Source: Octopus bimaculoides (taxonomy: Eukaryota). Taken from it: a stretch of DNA of 64,000 nucleotides. The DNA lies in NCBI RefSeq assembly GCF_001194135.2, contig NC_068982.1:39245632-39309631 (forward strand), given 5' to 3'. The notes under the pieces are model-generated. The model was not told the origin of the DNA. It worked only from the letters and a program-made list of their open reading frames with translations, and made no database searches. Positions within the stretch are counted from its first letter, which is position 1, and each line of letters begins with the position of its first letter. Shown here in pieces: positions 1 to 11,947 of this stretch. Both the position numbers and the translations under genes were made by a program.

Positions 1-132
1 ACTCAAGAAAACTATAAAATACGTACCGCATTTAAAAATAATTAGTGGGTCGATTTATTCGACTAAACCCTTCAAGGCAGTGCTTAAGCATGACCGCAGT
101 CTAAAGTCTGAAACAGGTAAAAGATAAAAATA

Positions 133-326
133 TTCTTTTCTACACCAGGTACAAGGCCCGAAATTTTGGGGGCAGGTTGATTAGATCGACCCTAGTACGC
201 AACTGGTACTTAATTTATCGACCCTGAAAAGATAAAAGGCAAAGTCGACCTCGGCGGAATTTGAACTCAGAACGTAAAGACAGACGAAATACCGCTAAGC
301 AATTCACCCGGCATGCTAACGTTTCT
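133..326 (-). mobile_element. tRNA-derived SINE, working family A, 5'-truncated copy
   Basis: Reverse complement has the B-box-like GTTCTGAGTTCAAATTCCGCCGAGG and the body GGTCGACTTTGCCTTT...ATAAATTAAGTACCAG...GGGTCGAT, which recur many times in this window. It resembles octopus tRNA SINEs (OK/OR types); the exact family is not assigned. A family-B-type tail lies at about 38-130. Confidence 0.85.
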
Positions 327-548
327 TATTTCTTTATTGCCCACAAGGGGCTAAACATAGAGGGGACAAACAAGGACAAAGAGATTAAGTCGATTACATC
401 GACCCCAGTACGTAACTTTACTTTATTTATCGACCCCGAAAAGATAAAAAGCAAATTCGACCTCGGTGGAATTTGAACTCAGAACGTAACGGCAGATGAA
501 ATACCGCTAATCACTTCGCCCGGCTCGCTAACCTTTCTGCCAGCCTTA
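327..548 (-). mobile_element. tRNA-derived SINE family A with alternative 3' tail
   Basis: Same head and body as 133-326, but the tail is TCTCTTTGTCCTTGTTTGTCCCCTCTATGTTTAGCCCCTTGTGGGCAATAAAGAAATAAG. A remnant of this tail recurs at about 1138-1200. Confidence 0.85.
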
Positions 549-1627
549 GAAGATAAAACTATTAAAAACAGAAGTAGCATACAGGAAAATGTCTAGGTTG
601 AGAGGAATCTAAAGTAATATACTTAATTTTATTCAATAGATATATATACAGATACATATTTTTTTACTGGTCAGACAAAGCTATAAGAAAGTAATAAGCA
701 TGGAAATAACAACGAACCCGATTTTAGATTCAACTATGTATTTACCAAAGATGAATGGCATAAAACACACAGATCGAAGGCAGCTCAAAGCTGTTATAAT
801 TAATTGATTCCGAAACACAAGTCGTCACAAAATATCAGAGTTCAAGCGCAGAGCTGTAACAAATAGCTGAATATACATCTCAGTTCTTAAAGATAGGTGG
901 AGTTCCTTGGTTCATAGCGAATCCTCGAAAGGCGGTCAAAACAGAAGGGAGGTCACTCTTACCGTTTTCTAGTTACGTTGTTTACTGTTTATGTCGTCGT
1001 TCTGCCTTTCATTTCAGCAGCCGTCGAGAAAGACAAAATGACACTTAGAATGACACTTGTCATTCTAAAGTGAGCTAGTGATAAACATTAGTCGTCTCTG
1101 TTCCTGGTCATCTCGCCAAGCTCCCTTCACTAACTAATTTCTTTATTGCCAATACATGGCTAACATAGAGGGGACAGCACAAGGACAAGACAAAAACATT
1201 TAGGGACTGGGGTTATACATTAGTTAGTCAGGGTAAAAATCGAGTATAATGAAATCGAAAGGATTAATCAAATTAAAATAAATTATAAATTAAATGATAA
1301 TATATAGTTTTTTCCGGGTTTGTGTTCAGCCTGCTGTTTTTGTTTTCCCCTTTTTTCTTCTTTATAAGTATTAATTTTTGTTTTTTTTCTTCCGTTTTTT
1401 TTTGTTGCTTCTTTTCCGTTCCGACCGGCTACACGAGCTCGGCTCCATTCAATCTCAACTTCCTTACAACATTTGTCCATCTTTTCTCGAACGTTCTTTG
1501 AGTCAGGTACCTCTTCTCCAGACTGATCTTCTTGGACAGGTGGTAGTTAAAAAAACTAACCAACCTGTGTCCGAAGATGACGTTGCCTGTCTCAATTCCT
1601 CTTCCACGTGTCACCCATACTATCTCT

Positions 1628-2294
1628 GGATCTATTTCAAAACGGGGGCACCAGTTTTCATTTATGTTTTATGTAGTGTTTTTGGTACCGAAAGACTTTC
1701 AAACTTCGTATACTTATCTATTTTGTGTTATAGAACAGAAAAAAAATTTTGTATTCGAATTTATTTCATGCAAAAAATTGTCTTATTTCGATAATTTCTA
1801 CTAATCACTGACGTCTATTCAGTTGAAAACAGTTAGCGCTGTAACGGTGTATATCGTATTAATCCCCTAACCCTAACCCTAACCCTAACTAGACTGTTAA
1901 CCCTAACCCTAACCCTAACCCTAAAACTAAGCCTAACTCTAGAATCCGAACTCTAAAATTGTTACACACATAGATACGCACAGCGTAATTTATTATATAA
2001 ACAATATATGCGTATAAATTACGATTAAACCGGATGAAATATGTCACAGGGAATAAAATTTTTATGACCGCCCAGCAGTAACTCTATTCAGCTGAATAGA
2101 CGTCAGTGGTTGGTTGGAATTACAGAAATACGACAACTTTAACATGGAATAACTTGCGATGTACGTTTTTTTGTTAAGAAGACTAAGAGTAAAAGATGTT
2201 TTATATGACACATTCTACCAGTGTCCCAAGTTTCAAAGTGTTTCGTTAGTGTTTCGTTAAGAAAATACTGGTGCCCCCGTTTTGAAATAGATCC
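1628..2294. mobile_element. Non-autonomous foldback DNA transposon (MITE) with 8-bp TSD; Merlin- or MULE-like
   Basis: Perfect 28-bp TIR GGATCTATTTCAAAACGGGGGCACCAGT (1628-1655 / 2267-2294). TSD CTATCTCT at 1620-1627 and 2295-2302. Imperfect inverted arms extend to about 1835 / 2079. Confidence 0.9.
1865..1924 (-). repeat. Interstitial telomere-type repeat: two blocks of (TTAGGG)4
   Basis: CCCTAA x4 at 1865-1888 and x4 at 1901-1924, followed by degenerate hexamers. Confidence 0.95.
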
Positions 2295-3871
2295 CTATCT
2301 CTTTCAATACGACTAATACGCAGAAAAATTACGCCTCCTTTTCCTTGTTAAAGGAGGGGGCGGTACAATCTTGATGATAGACTCAATCAATAACCGTACT
2401 CTTTCCGTTTCCGACATCAGTTGTTCAACATAGGTTATTAATCCCCTCAGTTCCTCACAATGTACTAAGGCGTGCGTGAAAGTTTCACTGACATGCCCTC
2501 ACCTCGGGCATGAGGGTGGGGTACCAACACCATACCATGACAACCTCTCTCGAACTGGCAAGGCCGATCGGTAGCACAACCAGGCCAGGGATTTCTGGAA
2601 GTTATTCAGATACCTCGGCCCGAATGTTCTTCCGAACAGGTTGTCAAGCTGGTTCCCATCGAAGCCTAGAGACTCCCCCAGGACGTCGTAGACATGTGCT
2701 CTCCCAACCTGCTATAAAAATCCGCTGTGGTAGCCCCGCTGTCGGTATTGCTCGCTCAGGAGAACAAAGCGAGTGCATATCTACACTCCCTCAGCCATTC
2801 GCTCATTTTCGGTCTCCGCGTGATCCATGTGCCTACGTTCCGCAGAGACGTCAATTGTGACAGGAAGAACTTGACATCCAAGTAGAGTCAGAGATGTCTC
2901 AGCCTCAGCGCATACTTGCGCATCATCAGCCAAGGCATCCCTAATTCAACCCTTAACGGTTTCTGACAGCAGATACAGCACCTCACAAGTGGTGGTTTCC
3001 CATTCCACAAAAAGCGGAAAAGGATCCGTTCCAGCTTGGTCAGCCACATACCGGGGCAAAGCACAACGGTTAGGCGGTAGGTTATCACAGATGCTATAAA
3101 CACCTGTGCAACGTCGGCCCTCCCTAGCAAGGATAGCGTCCTCCCAGTCCAGGTCTGGGTTATGGCCGTCACCTTGCTTGTGACCTCGCTCCAGTTTTTC
3201 TCCATCTGGAGGTCCGGTCCAAACCAGATCCCGAGCAGTTTTACCGGGACCTCCGTCCAACGTCCCACAACGTTGTTAGGAGGCATCACCTTGCCCCTCC
3301 AGGTGCCGAGTTGCCAGCCGACTGATTTTTCCTGGTTAACTTTTGCTCCTACCACCACTTCGTATCTTTTAATGGTGTCTTCTACGGGAGGTAGCTACCC
3401 TTCATCAGACACGANNNNNNNNNNNNNNNNNNNNNNNNNNNNNNNNNNNNNNNNNNNNNNNNNNNNNNNNNNNNNNNNNNNNNNNNNNNNNNNNNNNNNN
3501 NNNNNNNNNNNNNNNNNNNNNNNNNNNNNNNNNNNNNNNNNNNNNNNNNNNNNNNNNNNNNNNNNNNNNNNNNNNNNNNNNNNNNNNNNNNNNNNNNNNN
3601 NNNNNNNNNNNNNNNNNNNNNNNNNNNNNNNNNNNNNNNNNNNNNNNNNNNNNNNNNNNNNNNNNNNNNNNNNNNNNNNNNNNNNNNNNNNNNNNNNNNN
3701 NNNNNNNNNNNNNNNNNNNNNNNNNNNNNNNNNNNNNNNNNNNNNNNNNNNNNNNNNNNNNNNNNNNNNNNNNNNNNNNNNNNNNNNNNNNNNNNNNNNN
3801 NNNNNNNNNNNNNNNNNNNNNNNNNNNNNNNNNNNNNNNNNNNNNNNNNNNNNNNNNNNNNNNNNNNNNNN

Positions 3872-3915
<44 letters not shown>

Positions 3916-3918
<3 letters not shown>

Positions 3919-5198
3919 GATGGGGCAAAATGATCTGAAACATTTGTAGGTTTAATTAAAGTAAAATAGAGTAAAGAACGATAGATGTGCTTTTATTTTC
4001 GATATGAACATAGATTGCCATTTTGTTTTAATTTGTGATAATTTGTTTCATTTCGTTTTCAGTTGCCAACAGGATTTGGACGGGCAAGCATTACGCTTTC
4101 ATTATGAAAGTGCTTATCAAGAACAACGAATCCGTAACTGCAACACGAAGAGTGTTCTGTGTGCATTTTAGGCTTGGCAGACATGATCCCGTACCTATTC
4201 GAAACACGATTTTGTTATGGATTACCAGCTTCAGACCTAGTGGATCAGCATTGAGACGAAAATCAACTGGCCGACCTTGGACCGCCAGAACTCTGGAAAA
4301 TGAAGAAGCGGTAAGAGCTTACATTCCCCACAACGTTCTGCACGGAAACACGCCGCTGCTTTTTGGCCTTTCGATAGAAGTTCGCGAAGAATTCTTCACC
4401 AGGAAATGCAGATGCATCCATACAAAATGGTTTTGACACAAGAACTCAATGAAAGAAGCTTTAAAACTCGCAGAGCATTGTGTTTGGAAATTCAACATGT
4501 CCCCACCCCACCAGCACTTTCTTGTGTTTTCAGTGACGAGGCCCATTCTCACATGTGTGGCCGCGTGAATAAGCAAAACTTCCGATACTGGGCTGAGAAC
4601 AACCTTCGTGCATTGTCCTCGGGTGACTGTATGGTGTGCAGTAGCAGAATTCGGCATTTGGAGTCTGTACTTCTCCGAAGAAGACAATTTTATAGTGATT
4701 GTGAACTCTGATCAATATTGTCTGATGCTAGAGATTTTTCTGAAACCCAAACTGAATGAACTTGACGACAGGGACAATGTTTGGTTTCAACAGGATGGGG
4801 CAACAGCCCACACTTCTCGACGTACTCCGGTCATTTGGCTGGCCCGCCTGGTCACCTGATTTGAATCCGTGCGATTTTTTTCTGTGGGAATACCTGAAAT
4901 CAAAGGTATACACTCATCGCCCTCGATCTCTTGAACAATTAAAAGCTGCCATTCATCAAGAAATTGCTGCCATTCCACATGAAATGACCCGTCGAGTTAT
5001 GGACAACTTTCGTGAACACCTTCGACAGTGTGTAAACAATGACGGCAGGCACACACGTGACTGATTTAATTTTTAAAACCAAATGAGGCAAAATGGCATT
5101 ATATGTACATTTCGAAAATAAGAACACATTTTTCGTTCTTTATTTTATTTTGCTGTCATTAAACCTATAAATATGTCAGATTATTTTGCCGCATCCTG
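3916..5198 (+). mobile_element. Tc1/mariner transposon, rosa/DD41D-like (maT/DD37D not excluded), full-length ends, pseudogenised transposase
   Basis: 30-bp TIRs CAGGATGGGGCAAAATGATCTGAAACATTT / reverse complement CAGGATGCGGCAAAATAATCTGACATATTT (26/30), flanked by TA. ORF fragments carry FSDEAH..GRVNKQNFRYW, VTVWC, WFQQDGATAHT, WPAWSPDLNPCDFFLWEYLKSKVY and NDGRH, split by frameshifts. Confidence 0.92.
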
Positions 5199-5479
5199 TA
5201 TATATATATATATAGAAGAGATTGAGAGAGAGAGTGTATGTATGTGTGTGTGAGAGAGAGAGAGAGGGAGAGAGAGAGGCAGATAGACAGGCAGGGAGAG
5301 GGAAAGAGATCATGTGCTTATAACAGGTTTTGCTTAGCTGCTATTTCTTAGGTATATGTATTGCTAACTGTGCAAAGGTAAATTCTACAAACAATTGTGT
5401 TTTATAATGAGATTTAAATTACTTTAAGGGAAAGAATGTGATTAGAAAAGTCAATATTAGATAAGACATCAAACTGGAT

Positions 5480-5920
5480 GCCACGGGAGACTGACTATAA
5501 AAAGCATCAATATTTAATAAAATGTTTAATTGGATGACCGAAGAAGGTAGATATATGAAAGGAAGAGAAAGGGAAGAATTTGTATGAACTGATTTGGTGT
5601 GGGAGCTATAAGTAAATTAAAGTAAAATGAAATTGAATTAGTAATATTAAACTATAGTGGCTGATACATTTGTGGAAGCTATATTACGCTTGAAACTTTT
5701 CTGAAAGATAACTGCCAGATAGTACATCTACCTGGGAAAGTGAGTAAAATTTTTGATTTAAGTTAGTTGATATATTAAAGCTAAATAAAGATTGTGCTAT
5801 AGTTAAAATAAAGGAGAGAAAAGGAGAGGGTATTTTGGAAGATAGATAGAGATTAATATGGATGCTATTAAGATTACCATATCAGTCAGGTGCATGTTTA
5901 AAATATTACAAGTCCGTATT
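5480..5920 (+). mobile_element. Very degenerate RTE-like LINE fragment (RT N-terminal region)
   Basis: Purine-rich remnants loosely matching the ...IVPIYKGKGD...NYRGI region (ataaaggagagaaaaggagagggtatt). Many stops and frameshifts. Confidence 0.3.
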
Positions 5921-6781
5921 TTACTACATTTTTTTCAAAATGTATATCTATCTAAAGATTCTCTGCTAATGAATTTCGTGGACGTAAACTTCGCAGAAGC
6001 TCACTGCGTGCGTATACATACATAAATACATACATACATAAATACATACATACATACATACATACTGCCTTCGAAACGCGGAGTTGATGGAATAGGGACA
6101 ACTGATGAAGGAAAATATTCTTTATGTTGCATGTCTCGTTTCTCTGTTTGTTTGTTTTTTTTCGTTGTTCGAAAAAAAGTTCGTTTTCTGTCTTCGTTTA
6201 ACGTTTTTTTTGTTTTTTTTTTGTGATGTCCTGTACCCATATATGCATGTATGTATACATATAGATGTAAGTATGGACATATATGTATGGATATATGCAT
6301 ATATTTTTATATTATTTATATTATTACATACATGCATACATACATACACACACCCACACGCATGCATGCATACATACGTACGTTCGTATGTATGATAGAT
6401 ATACTATATAAAAAGATATAATTATATATGTGTTTGTGTGTGCGTGCACACATATATGTGTGAGTGTGTACTTATGTATGAGTGTATGAGTATGTGTCCT
6501 TGTGTTTGCCTTACACAGCCTGACATCTAGTGTTGGTTGTTTATGTCCCCGTAATTTATCGGTTCGGTAGAATGAAACCGGTAGAATAAGAGAATAAGTA
6601 CCAGACGGAAGATAAGTACTGGAAACAATTTAATTGATTTCATTGTATTACCCGCATGACCGCTGTAACTATGATTAAAACAAGTAATAGAAAGACTCGG
6701 TATTTTTTTTAAACAACGATTAATCGTTAAAATTTAGAATTTTAATCACAAAATATTTTGTGGAAGATCTGATTTAATACT

Positions 6782-6996
6782 GGTTTTAAATTTTGGCACA
6801 AGGCCTGCAATTTCGGGGAGAGGGTGAAGTCTATTACATCGATCCCAGTGCCCAACAGGCACTTATTTTATTTATCTCGAAAGATTGAAATGCAAAGTCA
6901 TCCTCGGCGCAATTTGAACTCAATATGTCAACTCGAAAGAAATAGCTCTAAGCATTTCGTCCCACGAGGTAACGATTCCGCCAGCTCGCCGCCTTA
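6782..6996 (-). mobile_element. SINE family A, full-length, with 17-bp TSD
   Basis: Head TAAGGCGGCGAGCTGGCGGAATCGTT. Flanking direct repeats AGATCT[G/A]ATTTAATACT at 6765-6781 and 6997-7013 (16/17 match). Confidence 0.85.
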
Positions 6997-7025
6997 AGAT
7001 CTAATTTAATACTAAAACAACTAGG

Positions 7026-7240
7026 AAGGCGGCGAGCCGACAAAATCGTTAGCTCGCTGAGGAAAATGCTTAGGGGCATTTTGTCCAGCTTTACGTTCTC
7101 AGTTCAAATTCCACCAACTTTGATTTTGCCTTTTATCTTTTCGGAGTCGACACAATAAGTACCTGTTTAGCACTGGGGTCGATGTAATCCACTACTCGCT
7201 TCCCTCAAATTACTGGCCTTGTTCTAAAATTTGAAACCAA
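7026..7240 (+). mobile_element. SINE family A, full-length
   Basis: AAGGCGGCGAGCCG...GTTCTCAGTTCAAATTCC...AATAAGTACC...CTGGGGTCGATGTAATC...AAATTTGAAACCAA. Confidence 0.85.
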
Positions 7241-7831
7241 TATTAAAGATACGGGCAATTAGTTCCAAGACATCCGACTGAACTCAGAAAACACATACAT
7301 TGCGAAAAGAGATGTAGGGAGGGTTATTACGTCCCTTGTTCTCGCGAAGTTGCTAAAATATATTACAATGCAGGGTTTTGGGTCAAATTTGTAAGTAACT
7401 TATTGATATTATTTCTATGATACTTATTTCTGTAAACATGTATTTTAATGTTTAGTTACAATGAATCGGTCCGAAAAAATTATCTCCATATTTTCTCTCC
7501 GGTTTGTGTGTAAGCAGTTAATTTTTCATTACAGTTTCCACTTTGCAACATACCAATAATTTTACTAACGTGAATATCAGAAACCCAAATATGTATGTTC
7601 GGAACGGTTATATAATTACTAATGATTTGACATTATCTAATTTTCCAGAATCCTTTTTTTTTTTTTGGCTTTAGCTTCCATGTTATGGCATTGCATTGTT
7701 TCTCTCCACATAAATCCATTTCATTTTTACTGAGAACTTTGCTATGACGTTTTACTCGAAAAATATTTCTGTTAAGGAAATGAAACTTGATTCTCTTTTT
7801 ACTGAGCATACACACACCTATATATGTGTAC

Positions 7832-7879
<48 letters not shown>

Positions 7880-7899
7880 CACATTACATTCTTTCTATA

Positions 7900-8130
7900 C
7901 TTTAGTGGCCCGAAATGTCAACTGGCAAAAGGTTTCTTGTTTCTTTGTTGAGAAATTCGGAGAAGTACCTTTTCCATTCAAAGTGCAGAGATTTACGACT
8001 CCCAGAAGGCTGCCCATCACTATTATATATTCGTACGCTGTCATTTACTTTGTAAAGGCTTAGAAATATTTTATGGCTTCGTATACTTCCACCCCTTTAT
8101 TTACTAGGTAGAAATTCTTATCGATTTTCA
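7900..8130 (-). mobile_element. Old RTE/CR1-type LINE fragment
   Basis: Minus strand translates VRIYNSDGQPSGSRKSLHFEWKRYFSEFLN, matching the W..YFSELLN motif between the APE and RT domains. Confidence 0.45.
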
Positions 8131-9889
8131 GAGATTTTTTTTCATTTTCTGATAACAGCAACTACAAAGTTATGGTTAACGTCTGCTAACAAGATTAAAT
8201 GAACAATAAAGATATCCTGTAATATGTGAGCCGTGAACTAAATTGAGCGTTGAAAGGTGGGTGACTGAGGAATGTTGCGCAGGAACAGTTAATGTGGCGT
8301 AACTACGTTATGGTATGACTTCAAAAGGGCCCGAATAGAATAGAATATAGGATGAAATAGAATATAACAATGAAATAAAGTAATAGCGGTATATATGTGT
8401 TTTAAATGTTTATCATTACGCTTTCACGATATAATAATTATATATACACTTATACACACAAACATTTAAACGTAGATGCACACACACATAAACACACACA
8501 CACACACATACACATACACACATACATACACACACAGAGACGAGTGTATGTATGTATGTATGTATGTATGTATGCACGCATGCATGCATGCCTGGATGTA
8601 TATACACATTTAAAAAGTCATTCATTTTAATTTTCAATTTAATACAAATAAAGTGTGTCAAAAAATGTTGAAGCAGTTGGAAATAATGTCAGTGACCATT
8701 TACAACGAAAATAAAACAAAAATGAAAACTGGTGTAGGCGTGTTTTAAAAGTGCATCATAGCTCTTCAATGATGTAGTAATTGCTTTTGTCTCAACACGC
8801 GATCTCATAGCAAGACACCTCACTAGGTTTAATAGCAAAAGTCGTAATCTCTCTCTCTCTCCTATGTATGTATGTATGTATGTATGTATGTATGTATGTA
8901 TGTATGTATGTATGTATGTATGTATGTATCTATCTATCTATCTATCTATCTATCTCCCTCCCCCCTCTCTCTCTCTCTCTCTCTCTCNNNNNNNNNNNNN
9001 NNNNNNNNNNNNNNNNNNNNNNNNNNNNNNNNNNNNNNNNNNNNNNNNNNNNNNNNNNNNNNNNNNNNNNNNNNNNNNNNNNNNNNNNNNNNNNNNNNNN
9101 NNNNNNNNNNNNNNNNNNNNNNNNNNNNNNNNNNNNNNNNNNNNNNNNNNNNNNNNNNNNNNNNNNNNNNNNNNNNNNNNNNNNNNNNNNNNNNNNNNNN
9201 NNNNNNNNNNNNNNNNNNNNNNNNNNNNNNNNNNNNNNNNNNNNNNNNNNNNNNNNNNNNNNNNNNNNNNNNNNNNNNNNNNNNNNNNNNNNNNNNNNNN
9301 NNNNNNNNNNNNNNNNNNNNNNNNNNNNNNNNNNNNNNNNNNNNNNNNNNNNNNNNNNNNNNNNNNNNNNNNNNNNNNNNNNNNNNNNNNNNNNNNNNNN
9401 NNNNNNNNNNNNNNNNNNNNNNNNNNNNNNNNNNNNNNNNNNNNNNNNNNNNNNNNNNNNNNNNNNNNNNNNNNNNNNNNNNNNNNNNNNNNNNNNNNNN
9501 NNNNNNNNNNNNNNNNNNNNNNNNNNNNNNNNNNNNNNNNNNNNNNNNNNNNNNNNNNNNNNNNNNNNNNNNNNNNNNNNNNNNNNNNNNNNNNNNNNNN
9601 NNNNNNNNNNNNNNNNNNNNNNNNNNNNNNNNNNNNNNNNNNNNNNNNNNNNNNNNNNNNNNNNNNNNNNNNNNNNNNNNNNNNNNNNNNNNNNNNNNNN
9701 NNNNNNNNNNNNNNNNNNNNNNNNNNNNNNNNNNNNNNNNNNNNNNNNNNNNNNNNNNNNNNNNNNNNNNNNNNNNNNNNNNNNNNNNNNNNNNNNNNNN
9801 NNNNNNNNNNNNNNNNNNNNNNNNNNNNNNNNNNNNNNNNNNNNNNNNNNNNNNNNNNNNNNNNNNNNNNNNNATATATATATATATGT

Positions 9890-9923
<34 letters not shown>

Positions 9924-9949
9924 GAATGATGTCTAATATCTGAACATAA

Positions 9950-10480
9950 CCCACATGCGCTATTTTTTCCCGACTTACCTCCCTTTTTCTTTACACCCTT
10001 CTTTTCTGACTCGTCTATTACTGGACTTTCCTCCAGTATCCAACAAAATCTATTTTCGAAACGTAAAACCCTTACTCTATAACTTTTATTTAATAACTTT
10101 TCTTCTTTTAACGCCAACATGATAATATTAACAATGAACTCCATTTGGAGTTGCTATCTCTTTTTTGTTTTGTTTTGTATTTGATCTACTTCATATATGT
10201 ACCATCCATTATCCTTATATTAATATTACTATTGTCATTAGCGATGAATAAGATAAAGATTGGATTTGATTCCTAGTAAAAGTAAACAGTAAAATTTTAC
10301 CGCGTTTTACCATGTAAACCAGAACTACTTGTTCCATGTTCGAGTGGTTGGTAACTAAACAGGCTCCCTCACTTGAGTAGCTTGCCACTCTTGTGAGTCC
10401 AAGCAGGACTGAAGAGCAGGACCTGTCGAAGGGCGGATGAGCACATTGTGGGTCAACGGCCATCTAGTTGGGGAAGCCAA
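9950..10480 (-). mobile_element. Possible 5' UTR and start of the APE domain of a decayed LINE
   Basis: GC-richer segment at 10330-10480, then IIMLALKEEKL...SYRV...FCW...GV, loosely like the APE start (IAALQETR...GY...WSG...GVG). Same strand as 7900-8130. Weak. Confidence 0.25.
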
Positions 10481-11639
10481 AGCCAAGCCAGCACAATATA
10501 TCTGTCAAGAAAACACTATGAGAAAGTCAGAAGAAAGTAACGCTTTGGCCTTATCTATTGGGAGACATTCGCTTAATCGGGAAGACTTTCGTTGTAGAGT
10601 TATCAAAAGCGCACAATACATGGTGACGACGAATTACGACCGCCATATATAATATAAATGACAACGACCACATATTATAACTATATTGTAACATGCATAT
10701 GGTGCTAGATGGGAGATGCATATGCTTTTATGGACGCAGTCAAATAATTATTAAAGAATATGTTAGAGTACTAGATATCGATATGTCGTCTCAAAAGCGG
10801 GTATGAACTTCGTATATGAAACAGTGTTTATAATTATCTATTAACGATTTAAGACGGCGAATTGGAAGAGTGTATAAATCGTCTGGTAGAATACCTGGTG
10901 GTATTTATCTTCGCTCTCTAAATTAAGATCATACTGACGTTATCTTTACCGTTTATCTTTTATGGTCAATAAATAAGATAAAAGTAAAGCACTGGGATCG
11001 ATAAATAAATCACAAGTGCCAGGGGTCAATAACGTTGTGTCGTGGTCACGGCAGACTACTCAGAAAATGCTTCTGCAGAAATGGGAGTGAGATGATGGAC
11101 GGTTCGATATACAGTACAGAAAAATAATCTAGGTTTTAAATTTAAACCACCTTGCATTTTATGGTAAACTGATACTGGTTGTGAGTATGGAGATAACAAA
11201 ATAAATACTAATTATACATTGAAACCAAATATATAAACTACACCAGTATTGTACACTATCTTTCAAAAATCTCTATAAAAACATAGCAAAACATAACAGA
11301 ATCTACAAAACATCAAAAAAATACATTGTACTATTTATGTGTGCTGTTACGGTCTGAGTTCAAGTGCCGGTTCGTTAGACATTGTGCTCCATGTTTCTAA
11401 GGTGAATAAAATAGAATAACATTGACTATAATTTTGAATGCAAAGCTCCAGCATGGCCACTGATCAATGACAAAAATCTGTAAAAGAATAAAAGAATTGG
11501 TTGTTAACCTCTAGTACAGAACTGCCAGAGCCATTGAAATGATTTTTTACAAACTGTAATATACATCACGTCAACTTTCTTCCTCTCATAACTATAACTT
11601 CTTAATATCACATATTAACGGATGCTCTTGCATTTAACG

Positions 11640-11830
11640 GAGTAAAGGAAAGAAAACTACACACGTGCTTTACTTGGACTTTTCCTCGCTCCGCTTTCTG
11701 ACGAAGAGCCATATTCGAAACGTTATATAACCCCTCTTGTTTCTATTTTAAACTGAACGTCACTCTAATGCAATCTCTATGTTTGTTCTTCTAACTTTTG
11801 TTGCTTTTGTTTTGATTTTGATTTTGATTT
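11640..11830 (+). mobile_element. Penelope-like element pLTR fragment with minimal hammerhead motif
   Basis: CTGACGA-AGAG-CCATA-TTC-GAAA-CGTTA at 11698-11725, followed by the T-rich tract typical of PLE pLTRs. Confidence 0.65.
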
Positions 11831-11880
11831 ACCTATACACACACAGACACAGACACACACACACATACACGTACACAAAC

Positions 11881-11944
<64 letters not shown>

Positions 11945-11947
11945 AGA

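Larger units (their letters stand above)
1290..3414 (-). mobile_element. L1/Tx1-clade non-LTR retrotransposon, decayed ORF2 3' half, interrupted by a MITE
   Basis: ORF 2888-3358 has GAKVNQEKS, KLLGIWFG, WTGRTLSLLGRA and LGMP (RT thumb region). Minus strand around 2450-2510 gives CPR*GHVSETFTHALVHC (C-terminal zinc knuckle). ORF 1429-1614 gives the C-terminus, followed by an A-rich 3' end. Truncated by the N-gap at 3415. Confidence 0.8.

Noticed and set aside
1865-1924. True telomere or chromosome-fusion scar
   Set aside because: Only eight units, one orientation, enclosed in a TSD-flanked transposon; no head-to-head TTAGGG/CCCTAA junction.
6060-6125. CCTTC-GAAA-CGC ... CTGATGA-AGG, hammerhead boxes in permuted order
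   Set aside because: Helices I and III could not be formed convincingly. It may be a pLTR remnant but is not supportable as a ribozyme.
7267-7396. AG ... GTAAGT-bounded open segment (possible exon)
   Set aside because: Weak acceptor with no polypyrimidine tract, only 43 codons and no recognisable homology; expected by chance.
10330-10480. Possible HDV-like ribozyme at a putative LINE 5' end (GGCTTCC can pair with GGGAGCC on the minus strand)
   Set aside because: No G-U first pair, no following GG for P1.1, and no convincing P2/P3 pseudoknot by eye.
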